From contig JALDTO010000146.1 in NCBI GenBank assembly GCA_023515725.1, positions 744,001-808,000 of the forward strand: DNA of 64,000 nt. The letters run 5' to 3'. The stretch is from Amoeboaphelidium protococcarum X5 (taxonomy: Eukaryota; Fungi; Aphelidiomycota). The position numbers were made by a program, and so were the translations under genes. This document shows, piece after piece, positions 36,954-48,651 of this stretch; the stretch's first letter is position 1, and each line of letters begins with the position of its first letter. The notes below the pieces were generated by a model. That model saw nothing but the letters and a program-made list of their open reading frames with translations. It was not told the DNA's origin and did not search any database.

Positions 36954-38303
36954 TCAACATGCAACTTGAGTTGCTGAGCCATACATAGCACCATATCTTC
37001 CAATCATCTCCATAACCTCAGGATTTGATGTCATAGACTCATCTTGGAAGTCAAAGTGAATCTACTTACCAGCCTGATTGAGATCAGTTTTAGATTCCTG
37101 AGCGCACCACTTCAAATTCTCATAACGCGGACAGCAGTCACCGACCTTTACCTTTATGGTGAGAGTCTGGTCAGGCAGCGGATTCTCCGCAAATTTCAAA
37201 CCATTTGGAAGCTCTGCATCAGTCAAATAACCTTCCAAATTGAGCTACCAACACTGGCCACAATTTGCACCATAGCCCATATCACCATCGTTTGGTGCTC
37301 CGAAATAAGCAGCATTGATGGCAGCGACAGGGAAACCTTCCAGAGGACCTTTAGGCTTAGCGCAAGCAGTCATCTCAAATCTGTTTTCAGTTTTGCTGTA
37401 ATGAGTAAAGCTAGCCTTCATCAGCTGACCATCACCATATGCAGGACTATTTGTTGGGGCACCGGGTGCCGGAGTTGGTGCTGGGGAAGGAGAAGGAGAT
37501 GGGGATGGAGATGGATGTGCACCATCTGTAGCAGGGGCGTATGCCGGCGCAGGGGAAGCACCATTACCAGCACTAGGTTGAGGTGCAGTTGGAGCAGCAA
37601 CTGGGGCACCACTTGGAGAAGAAGTCGAAGGACCAGGAGCAGAGGAGTTTGCACCAGCATAACCTGGAGCATTAACCAGAGTAGAGTTGGAAGAGCCAGA
37701 CGCTTCACCAGCCGGAGCAGAAGGAGGACATTGAAATGGATCAGGCATGCCACTGATCTCACCACGACCTAATCTTTGGCAATCATCTTCAATTTGCTGA
37801 CACTTGGCCTATTGAGGTTGCATGCTCACGCAATCCCAGCACGGTTGAGCAACAGTGTCATGACACTTTCTGTATTGCTATTCATCCCAAGGATTACCAC
37901 CAGAATTGTTTTGCTGAGGAGCCTGAGCAGTTGCATTTTGATCAGGAACATAAGATGGAGTGTTTGGAGCAGGAGCAGCGGAAGTTGAATTCTGTGTGGA
38001 AGGAGCACCAGAAGTATCCTGTGCAGGAGGTGCAGCAGTGGTGTTTTACTCAGATGCCATAGCAGGAGTGTTTTGCTCAGGAACATAAGCAGGAGAGTTT
38101 TGTACAGGAGGAGCAGCAGTGGTGTTTTGCGCAGTTGGAGCAGGTGTAGGCTAATTATCAGCCGCCTTAGCAGGAACATTGTGTGCAGGAGGGGCAGCAG
38201 TAGCATTTTGCTGGGAGTAAGCAGGAGCATTGTTGTGCTGAGGATACGCGGCCACAATTGCACAAACAGAGGCCAACATCATCATTCTAATAGACTTTTG
38301 CAT
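36954..38303 (-). CDS. Secreted protein: Pro/Ala/Gln/Asn repeats, six-Cys module, P/S/A linker, GH45-B/expansin-like DPBB domain, ~449 aa
   Basis: Signal MQKSIRMMMLASVCAIVAA. C-terminal KASFTHYSKT...TAC...VAAINAAYF...GANCGQCW[TAG]L...KVGDCCPRYENLKWCAQ...NQAGK[TAG]IHFDFQ...QVAC then TGA. Confidence 0.82.
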
Positions 38304-38573
38304 TTTACAGAGAGTTTATTATTATAGTTTATTTATTTTATAGGATGGAAGTTTATATATATTTATAATGGAGAAAAGAAGATAGGTCATCATAAGACTT
38401 TTATAACGGCATGTACCATATACCACATTGATTGCAGTTGTAACGTAATCTCGTTGATCTCATTGGCAATCATGCAATCTGGTACCACCTCATTATGATC
38501 AGTCGTTTCCCATGCAGTTACACAAGCCGATAAGGTGAAACAAGACAAGATTAGAAAGTCGTCCCTGTATAAA

Positions 38574-39752
38574 TCATGATAAGCATCTATTATTGGCCTC
38601 CTTCATGAGTTTTTGCACATTATAAGATCGTTTGGCATGATACTCGGGCGCGTCATAACTTCTCCAGGCGCGAATCAGTAACCCATACACCCTTCTGTCA
38701 GGGCTTATACCAAGAACTTCCATGTCAGACTTGACTCGCATGAATTCTTCAATACAAACAACATCATCAGCTGACTTTTGTCTTAATTTAAGCATTGCAT
38801 TCAAAAGTGTCGTATATGAATATAATGACAACAACGATTGATGTTAGATAGACGCGTAAAACTCGGAAAGTTATTAACCCAATTACTTGAGCTCAATCTC
38901 ACTATCTTCCTTCAATACTGATATACTATTTGAAAATGTTTATAGTACCAAATTAACAGCAACTAACTAATATGAGGAATTAGCATCCACGACATACGAG
39001 CGCAAAGTGGCGAATTTCTACAACGCACGGTTTGTGTCACCAAGATCTGCAGATGTCCTTATACTGGCGGTTAATACCTGCCGTTTAATATTATAATGAT
39101 GTAAGAGATCAGGCAATCCCATAATATCGCTGTATAATCTATCAAACAATGTCGCATCTCGCTTCTTAAATTTGGACAGGGCTTCACACATTGTTGCCTT
39201 CAGTTTATTGCTATTCACCTGGTCTTACTAACGCGCACATAACGTGTCATCTTTTAGCCACTCTGTGCACAGCTACTACAACTCTTCAAATTTTCTATTC
39301 TGTGCCAAAAGTCTAATTCGAGTGACAAGCACACTTCCATCATTTTCCACTTGGGACAGTGGGGCCAATTCGTCTTCCGCACCAGAGCATTAACCGGCTT
39401 GCATCATCACGCGTCCAGCCAAAGTCTTCAAGGCCACGTCATTGTGAAACGATTCCTGGTGCTTTTAATACAAATCGAGAAACCGCTTGGAACGTTGCGC
39501 TGCCTAAGCCTTAGTGAGCGTGATGCAATCAGTCGGCTCAGAAAACATCTCCAGTCCGTTGTTCGCAGTCTGATCTATCCTGCCATGAAAGCAAGCGCGT
39601 CCAAGATTAATGAGCAGTTCCCTGATATCCTCTTTCTATTACGCTTAACTGAGCGCATTTGATGCTTTAAATGTCAACTTCTTTAGCTATTGCGCAATTG
39701 AGTTGAACTATGTACTACTAACTGAATGTAATCTTTTGCCGATTTTCAACAT
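38574..39752 (-). CDS. Putative mitochondrial pentatricopeptide-repeat (PPR) protein, ~392 aa
   Basis: Basic/Ser N-terminus MLKIGKRLHSVSST and PPR-like SYTTLLNAMLK...MEVLGISPDRRVYGLLIRAW. Track ORFs 39018 and 38574 are in frame. Confidence 0.65.
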
Positions 39753-39861
39753 TGTGATATTTTAACGATTTGGAGCAGAAAGGATCAGCAAAATTTTTCA
39801 TCTTTACTGTCAAAAGCGCCTTAGCAGATTTTTGACGATATATTTAAATTAAATCAGTAAA

Positions 39862-41045
39862 ATGGAGTATGATTATGAAGGGCTTAGTACGTAGCATTCA
39901 ATGTCGAGTCATTTAATGGCTGGTGCTTTGGCGGGAATAACTGAGCATTCTGTGCTATATCCTATCGATCTCATTAAGGTAAGCTATAAAGATCATATAT
40001 TTCCATAAGTGACGTATAACTTTTTCATATATTCTTGTAGACACGTATGCAAGTACTTAGCGCTGGACAAAAGAATGTTTATACCTCAATTGGGAATGCA
40101 CTCAGTTAGATCTATGTGAAAGAGGGATTCAGTGCCTTATGGAAGGGCTTACCAATGATGATTCTCGGAGCAGGGCCATCGCATGCTCTCTATTTTGCCA
40201 CGTATGAAGAATCTAAGCGATATCTCAATTTTGATGCTTAGGATCAGTCGAATGCAGTATGGAAGGCTGCTGTATCTGGAGCTGCGGCTACTCTTGCTAG
40301 TGACGCGTTTATGAATCCTTTTGATGTGATCAAGTAGCGAATGCAGATTGGCTACGCATCTCTTGTCACTTGCGTCGATACCTCATGTGGTGCTACTGTA
40401 AATCCTTCTAGTCGACTTACTTTGCCTGCTGGTGGTTAATCGGAGCCTATTCTACGGTATCGCTCTATATGGCATTGTTTTACGCACACGCTGAGAAATG
40501 AGGGAATCAAGGCATTCTACTAATCCTATCCGACCACCATTTCGATCAGTATCCCCTTTCAATCAATACATTTTGCAACATATGAGTATTGCAAAGAAAC
40601 ATTGTATCCATATTTTGCTGACTTAAGTAAGGCTAATGGTGGTTATTCTCCTTCCTTGCATATTGTATCAGGTGGTGTGGCTGGTAGCTTTGCAGCTCTC
40701 TTGACTACACCTCTGGACGTGTCCAAGACGTTGCTGCAGACGAAAGCTACTTCGACATGTCCTTTAATACGAGACAGTAAATCGCTACGTGATGCTGTGC
40801 GAATTATATATATGAGAGAAGGATTGAAGGGATTTATGCGCGGTGCTAAAGCTAGAATGCTTGGTGCAATGCCATCGTCTGGGCTTTCATGGCTAGTTTA
40901 TGAGTTCTTCAAACGAGAGTTTAGGCCCACTGCTGGCGATTAACGGCCATCGCCAATATAGAAATCTTCGTTGGAATGTGAAAGGTCGAAGAATGTCGAT
41001 TATTCTCGTTTATAAAATGGTTCAGACGTAAAGTTAATAGAATGA
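39862..41045 (+). CDS. Mitochondrial iron carrier, mitoferrin (Mrs3/Mrs4-like); intron 39979-40040
   Basis: DYEGL..., AGALAGITEHSVLYPIDLIK^TRMQ, GAGPSHALYFATYE, SDAFMNPFDVIK[TAG]RMQ, SYPTT, TTPLDVSKTLLQT. Confidence 0.93.
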
Positions 41046-41181
41046 AATACACACTTAAGGTCGATACTTTTCCAACCTTCGCGTTTTATCGGTTTTCTGA
41101 TCTGGCTTGCTTTGATTCGGCTTTCTCTATCAAATACTCCCCCGATTGAAATTGAAAAACGCGCAAACATACAACTAAAAT

Positions 41182-41505
41182 ATGGTGAGTCTTAGAAGTA
41201 AGAGATAGAGAAAAAATAGATAGTTGCGCCGATAAAGTATATATGGCCCTATGGAGTCTGCTCGTATTGAGCGACTAGCAAAGAAATAGGCTGAGCTGGT
41301 GGAGAACGATCTAGTTAATGATGTTATGGCAGTGGACACTGATCACGGTGAATCCACGGCAGTTGCTCCAAAGTCATAGTCAGTCTAAGCAGAAGATTCC
41401 TCCATGGAAATTGATGGTCACGATATCAAAAAGAGCAAGTCGTAAGTGAAAAGCAAATCCAGAAAAGTGCACAAGCGCAAGCGATCATGGAAGAACAGAT
41501 TTTGA
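41182..41505 (+). CDS. Small basic nucleolar protein, DUF2423 (YBL028C)/LLP-like, ~107 aa
   Basis: MVSLRSKRQRKNRQLRRQSIYGPMESARIERLAKK with a Lys/Arg-rich tail, read through TAR codons. Confidence 0.7.
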
Positions 41506-41818
41506 TCCTGATGCCGCATTCTATCATGTACTGAATATATTCGTATCTTCATCACTAGATTTTTGCCCTTATTTTCGCTCAGTTTTCTTAAATTAGGCGT
41601 TCCAAACCAGCGAGTTAAACGAGGCAACCGCGAAACTGTCGTGTGACTCAACACTTGGCAGCGATGACAATTGTTATCGGCGCTGTGAATCTCACGCGCG
41701 CCGTGTAAACAATCGGCTCTCGCTTACCTAAGTCTGAAAGTATACACAACAAACATCTCTACTTCTAGCACATTTTACTGTCTAATTTTCAAAAAGAAGA
41801 ATTAAGATAATACTAACA

Positions 41819-42592
41819 ATGAGCCTACCTACGTATCAAAAAAGGAATAAATTAGCGACTAGGAATGGTAAGCGTTACGGGCTAAGAAAGCGTGGGCAAA
41901 CAGCGGCAACGTCAACAAAGCAGCGTCAGAATATAATCGAACGCGGCGACAGCGCAACAGATCTGAAACGGAACAGGACTAGTAGGCGGCGCATTGGTAA
42001 ATCTGCTGTTGGTGTGTCATCAAGATCTACTACATTTGCTAAATCTACTATCAAGGATAAGAATGTGTTCTCTGATGAGCAGTTGTTTTAAATAAAGGAG
42101 AACCATACACCTGACTATTAGAATCAATCTGACGCTTTCGAATCAATCACTCCTGATATATCTGAAGAGGAGGAGACGGAATTTGATCTGCCTGTCAATC
42201 CAAAGTATGAAAATTTGTTCACGTTTAAACTGATTGACGACTCTGAACGCCTAAAGAATACATCCTCACCTGATGTGGAGATTAAGCCACTCAGTCTAGT
42301 TGGCACTCTGCTGTCACCATTCAGAGACGATAACATGTGTGCCAAGTCTATTCCTGACTTACAATTGAGTGATATTGAGTTTGAGCACGATGATGGATTT
42401 CATTATGGTGTGTTAAATAACAATTATGGTAATGTTAGTTTGATATAGAATGATTAGTCTCATGCTACATGTGATCAGTTGGAACTGCCTTTAGCTGATG
42501 AGTTTCTCAACTGTTGGCGATTGCAAGCCGCTCTTGATCCAGCCGCGCCGTCATCTCACTTGAACTTGACCAAAGATTGCTTTCATCAATGA
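41819..42592 (+). CDS. Uncharacterised disordered protein with basic N-half and acidic C-half (securin-like candidate), ~257 aa
   Basis: Track ORFs 41819 and 42215 join in one frame ending at TGA 42590. Contains RxxL, KEN and PDVEIKP. Confidence 0.65.
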
Positions 42593-42720
42593 TTTGCATT
42601 TAATGAGATTATCTGATATAGGCATTAAAATTGTACAAGGTGCACAATACAATATTTTTGAAAATGGAAAATGATGAATACATATGGAATTGTACTTAAT
42701 TTATTAATATACTTTTTCTA

Positions 42721-44928
42721 TCAATCCTCTGTTTCAATGATTGAATTCCATTCATTATATAGAGTGGATATACGCTGTGGATTAGACAAATGCTTGTAAT
42801 ATGGATCAAACGGGAACCAATGCTCTGTCGTCTACTCTGTCAGTGACTCTAGATAGTCAATTTCGCTGTCGTCTTGATCTGGATTAGCGCCTTCAGTTCC
42901 ATTAAACGCTCCAGCCATGCTGATGGAACTTTCAGAGTCAGAGCCACTCAAAGCGGTCGCCGCGTTATGAAGCTTATTCTTCGAATTCTGTACATTATCT
43001 TCAGCCAAACCATTACGCGTAAAGTTAAAACAATACATAATCTATAATTCCTTACAGATACTGGTAAACTCTTCGACAATGTGCTTATCGCATACTTTTA
43101 ACGGATTCAAAGAACTGAATAATACCCGCTACAAGCCACCTTCAACCTTCCACCACGACATGAACTCTGCTTCGATGCCAAAATTCTAAAAGCGATTTCC
43201 AGACGACGATGGAAAGCCTTGATCCTTCAAGTCAATCATTCCTTGTGTAGAAGAGGACGCTTTTCGGACGTGTTTCCTGTCACCTTCAAGTACAGCTTCA
43301 TCTTTTTCATGGCCATTATTAAAATTGAGATCCGAAATGGAGCCGCCATTCTTCAACTGACAGAGTTCCCTCCACCGGAAACAGAACACGTACAGAACAC
43401 ATTGTACAATCTAATACCATATTTGTCTTTTTTACTGGGTAGACTCGGGAGAGGAAAAGTATTACAACGATGCGTGAAGCCACTAACAGCAAATCTTCAA
43501 CGACGAGCATATCATCTGAGGACTCACATGTTTCGCCCTGGCCATAAAACTGCCGAGATACGCCGCTGCAGACTTTTTAATGTATTCAGTAGAATAGTCA
43601 TGTATGCGTCGTCTTTTCAGTCGTCCTGCGCCATTTGGAGTACCAGTGCTATTATCGTCAAACACTTTACCCAGCAGATAAGATATGAAAGCTTCCGAGA
43701 ATGCACTATCAAGTGATGAGATGTAAAGCATGATTAACTGTACATATTTGGTATGATACGTCTTTAAGATAATCTTATCAAATATATTCAGCGCATATAT
43801 ACAAAACTATTACAACTACGGATTTGCGACGCTATTATCTTGCTCTGGTCGTTTCCTCTTACCATTTACAACAGTCTCACATTCCTCACCGCATTCTGCT
43901 TTAAGATCATCTATATGATCAAACAGCAGTTGAATAATGACATCCAACTTCTTAAGCATGAGTCCATTACGCGTCAAAACTTCAGTATTATCAACAATAT
44001 CGCAAGCATTATCATCATCTGAGTCGAACAACTCTGCTTCACTCTCATCATCGCTATCACTATCAGAATCAGTAGAGGATTTGCCTTCTTAATCAGCGAA
44101 TCGAACCTGCTTTGAAAATGGACATTGGGCATTTGTAAATAACTAGATATCCTCCTCATCTTCCAGTTCTTCCTAGTCTATAGTAATTTCAGCATCCAAC
44201 TAGACTAATCGCTCGAATATCAAGTAATAAATAGGCTCTCGGAGAGCATCAATATGCGACGCAACGGCGAGAGACATCTAAGTCATTACTCTCTGATCCC
44301 TCAGACTTCCATACTTGTCAGGATATCGCGACTGCAGCAGTGTCAGAATATTCTTATAGCCAGCACCAGTCTGCGAGGCAAGCTATTTTAACAATCTGCA
44401 TATATCTCGATCATGAGCTGAAGACTATTGCTTCGAGAAGAGGAGGAGATCCCGCCATTGAACAAAAATGCTATCCAAGATCAAATCGCAAATCACAACA
44501 CCATGGTACGCGACAAGGTTCATCATAAATTGTAAGCAGTCGTCAAGATATCCAGGCTGATCAAATTGAATATTTTGAATGAGAAACATCACCAGTCCGC
44601 AGTGTTCCGATAAGTCAATCATATGCACAATAGGGTGTACACTGCGTATACATTGCAATCTACAGCTCACTTTCTCCGCGACATCCAGAGAATTTAAATC
44701 ATTCAGCCATTTAAGATATTATTACTGCGGACCTTCAAGAACAACTTGCAAATTATCCTTATCGAATTCTTAATATTTTAATTACACCATAATTTCATCA
44801 AGTAAACGCAAATTCGACAAATTTTCATTGAGCGCTTAAAGAGAGTCGTTACTGAGCAAGGGAGAGAAGAGAACAGATCAAGCGCGTTACATTCGTCGGT
44901 CGATCCACGTTTGATATGCTGTAGTCAT
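42721..44928 (-). CDS. RRN3: RNA polymerase I transcription initiation factor RRN3/TIF-IA; probable 39-nt intron 44852-44890
   Basis: LKKLDVIIQLLF, SAAAYLGSFMARAKHV, YVFCFRWREL, LNPLKVC, WFPFDPY. The 5' exon is inferred. Confidence 0.85.
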
Positions 44929-45412
44929 TACAATTGGTGATGCTCTTGTTTCACTTATGAAGGGAATCTATCAGTAAAGTTAATGTGCAATTTGGTTAAA
45001 AGAATTGTGTTTATCGTAAAACTACATTGCTGCCTTAAATTCACAAGTAAAATAGTCAAGATTGAGAGGCCAAGTCTGCATCACACTGATAGTGGCGTGA
45101 TACTCTAAAATCGGTCTGTAATTCTTTACACAGTTTCAGGTACATACAAATAAAGTTTCTTTTAGGAATTATAAACGCTGTCATCAACTCTTATGTTCAA
45201 ACATTATTTTTCAATACGATATCCTTTCTGACTATCCTTAGAAGTACCATGATAAGGGGCTAATTACTGGCGCGTACAACAGATGGCTCAAGTCACGTTT
45301 TGCCTTAAATCCTCATTATCACTTTAATAATTAACAACAACTTTGATACCATTAATACTCATTTTTATATAATATAAAATAGTCTTTGCGGGTATATCTA
45401 TATATTTTATCG

Positions 45413-46780
45413 ATGATAATTGGCTACAATTAATCATTTAAATTCCGGAATGCACTGGTGATGTATGTGCTTTGCTGGGCATTGATGATGAACGCGTCAC
45501 CAACCGACGCTAATCTCCTCATTAAAGCTCAACCTTAATAATTGGCACCTGTCGCGTCACCTTAATAGTGTGGAAATGGCGTAGTGGAGGGCGACGAGGA
45601 CTGTGATTATGGTGCTCCGTAGTCTGAAGGGTGCTGTACAGATAAGTGCAAGAATCTGCCAGACTTTACTACATAATGTCCCAATGCAGGAATCTGTTAA
45701 AATGGAAAATGCATTTCTAGATAGTCACAGTGCTCGAATTTCAACAATAGATATTTTATTATTGGAAATCAGAGTTATACCGGGCCATTTACACCATGCG
45801 ATCCTGTAGGTAATAAGACTGTGTAGAATATTGAGAATACCTGTAATCTCGCCTGTCTTGGTCAAGCGTAAAGTAATCTGTGCATAGATTTTACTCAGTA
45901 TCTCAGTCCTAATAATAATTTTGATAACACAGTCGGTGATGGCATCATCTGTGGTCCATCTTAATCTGGAAATGAACTGGGTGTCTGCTATAAAGGTAAA
46001 TGTGATCTTCGGATATGCAGTGCCAGTCTGTGCAACAATAGAGGTCGATGCTACAGGACAAGAGGTAGCCAATTTGAATGTCGATGCGACTCTGGATTCA
46101 ACGGCCCGACGTGTAATATTGGCCGAGATTGTGGAGGTGAATTAGATTACTGCGGAGTGTGTAATGGTGATAACTCTACCTGCTCGTTTGATTTCTATAA
46201 TCTCAAATACACGCTGCCTCCTGATGATAGAGTCGGCTCGGGGTCGGGAATTTCGAATAATCAACTCTTTCAGACATGGGGCATTCCCATTATAAGTGCC
46301 GCGTCTGCTGCCGTCATTTTACTGTCAGTGTTTTTTGGTCACCGATATGTGCGTAATAGGCGGAAACATAAGAGGGCGTAGAAGAATAACTACAAGCGAA
46401 ATATGAAAAGGGCCAACAGTACATCGTCCTCCATTTCGAATAGCTCCGTGAACTCCTTCGTCGCTGGCGGTAATAAACGAAAGAATCTCGGGCGGCGTCC
46501 ATCGCAAACGAGCGCTAACCGAATGGGCATAAGTGTGAAGTTTGATGAGTACCGCGTGACGCTCCCATACACTGCCAGCATGCCTGATGAATTGGATCTG
46601 AAAGAAGGTGACATTGTGTTTAAACTCTTTGAGTATGACGATGGCTGGGCTAAAGGATATAATACGTCCACTTAGAAAGAGGGAGTATATCCAGTGTCTT
46701 TTACCGAAAGGGTCGATTATTCGCGATCATCGGGGTCTACACAACAATTGAATAGTCAGACGAAGATGCAAAGTGTGTGA
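45413..46780 (+). CDS. Type I membrane protein: ADAM-like disintegrin/Cys-rich and EGF ectodomain, TM, cytoplasmic SH3, ~455 aa
   Basis: CGNGVVEGDEDCDYG...CCTDKC, EGF CNNRGRC...CRCDSGFNGPTC, DYCGVCNGDNSTC, TM WGIPIISAASAAVILLSVFFG, SH3 YTASMPDELDLKEGDIV...DDGWAKG...EGVYPVSF. Alternative start at ATG45461. Confidence 0.85.
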
Positions 46781-47035
46781 CGATGTCTTTGTTGTAGAGG
46801 AAGATTTTTGTATGTTTTTTACCAACACCAGTGTATTCAATAGATTCTATACATCGTAATTTACAAAATTTTCTGTAATATCTTTTTCGAACGGTTCATT
46901 TTACCGTACACTCCTCCCATTAATTAACAATCAACCTAATCTGATTGTATAGCATTACCAAAGCCAAAATATCTGTAAATTAAATCAAGGTTATACAATA
47001 ATAGAATGAATAATGGATAATAAATATATATAAGA

Positions 47036-48651
47036 TCATAGATGCTATTATTACTATTCAATGTCTTCAACATGCAGCACCTCCTTAGAAGCTCTCGTAT
47101 CAACTGGAGCATTCTGTAACTTGCCACTCACATTACCAAACCACTTTTATAACGGATTAGATGATTCGTTATTTGGCTGCTACTGGCCAAAAGTTGGAGA
47201 TGAGTCACCACCATTGGATTACTACTACAACGGCAGTTATTATTTTTATTGCTACTGCAAGCCAGCAGGTCCGCTCATGGCAATAGGACTCACAGGTAAA
47301 GATGGTCTAAACTGCAGCAACTGCTCCGGCTGAATAAATGGAGGCTACAGAAACTGAAGTAATGGCTCAGGTACAGGCTAGCCAGATTAGTAGATAAGCA
47401 GAGCCAATATGTGCGGCGGTGGCGGTAGAACCGGCTGACCATCAACAATCAAAGGCGGTGGCACAGGAGCATTAGGCAATGCATTTGGAGATGGAAGTCC
47501 GGGTATGACAGGCATCAATGGCAATGAAGGCGGCATCTAAACGACAAAATTGCTGTTTACATCCAAATCTTGAGCCAGTTACAGGTCTTTAATCACAAAA
47601 TCTTTCTAAACATATCTAGTACCTTCATTGGCATAAGCCAACTTTCTTAGTGGTTATTTCACTGCATTATTGTTCTCCTACTATTTACCAGTTCTCGCCT
47701 TAACCTTGCCATCTAATTAAGTGACAGTATTAGCGGGGGCGTCCTTCTACTAACCAGATACAGACTCTGTCTATTACAATTCCTACTGCTACTTCTTCTT
47801 CTACTTTTTACCAACACTCTTCAGAGGAGAAGATGGCTATGGAGAAGATTATAAAGATGATGTCGCAGTTCCAAGTCTCTTCAAAACACTGGTGGGAACA
47901 TTAATGGATGACGTAGAAGAAGATCCCTTTCTCTTGGTAGACGATAGTGAAGGTGGCGGAGTTCTCTTACCCGCAGATGCTGGTTACGATGACATTTAAG
48001 ATCCCTGACCTTCTGCAAATTATTATTACTAATTGACAGAGGAACTACTTTATGCCGATGGAGTGGTATCCGTCGTGACACTGGCATCCAAATTAAAGAA
48101 TCTTCCACCAAATCTACTTTGACGCAGACCCTGTTCAGGTGCTACTGAATTTCCCACCTGCTCACCATCAGCCTCATCAGCAGGCAATTCCAATAGATCA
48201 GACTAGAAAATAACATCTTCGACACTGTTAACATAATCATCGTGATTGAACTAGATGGCTTAATCCTATAGCGGGTATTAAGTACCAAGCTATTACTGTT
48301 ATAATGTATCGTCAGAGTGAGAAGACTAAGGTGCAGCAGGCAGCCCACTCATTTTCCTCATTTCAGCCTTGAACTTTTCCATATCAAAGACGTCAGGCTA
48401 TTACTACTACTACTGCTATCTATGTTAATCTTGATGAACTTAACCATCATAATTACCATCGCGCTATTAATGCTGCTACGAAAGCCATAGATTAACAGAA
48501 CTCTCACCAGCTTGAGGTGCAGTCTTCTATCTATGATGACGCTAAGTAGGTGCCGGTATTCCAGGTGGTGCGGCACTGAATCCAGGCGGCAACTTTTTCA
48601 ACCCAGGCGGACCACCACGAATTCTACCGGCAACTTACGGCGGCTAAAACG

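Noticed and set aside
37044-37772. 242-aa (+) ORF and other overlapping alternative-frame ORFs at 33902-34909 and 37421-38327
   Set aside because: Antisense or off-frame by-products of the GC-richer secreted genes, with no independent motifs.
33618-38303. Calling the cluster a cellulosome (dockerin/scaffoldin) outright
   Set aside because: The module does not match the recalled Neocallimastigomycota dockerin pattern and the middle protein has only one copy of it. Kept only as an analogy.
44878-44880. Possible TGA readthrough or selenocysteine in RRN3
   Set aside because: Better explained by a 39-nt intron or a downstream start. There is no Cys/Sec context and no evident SECIS.
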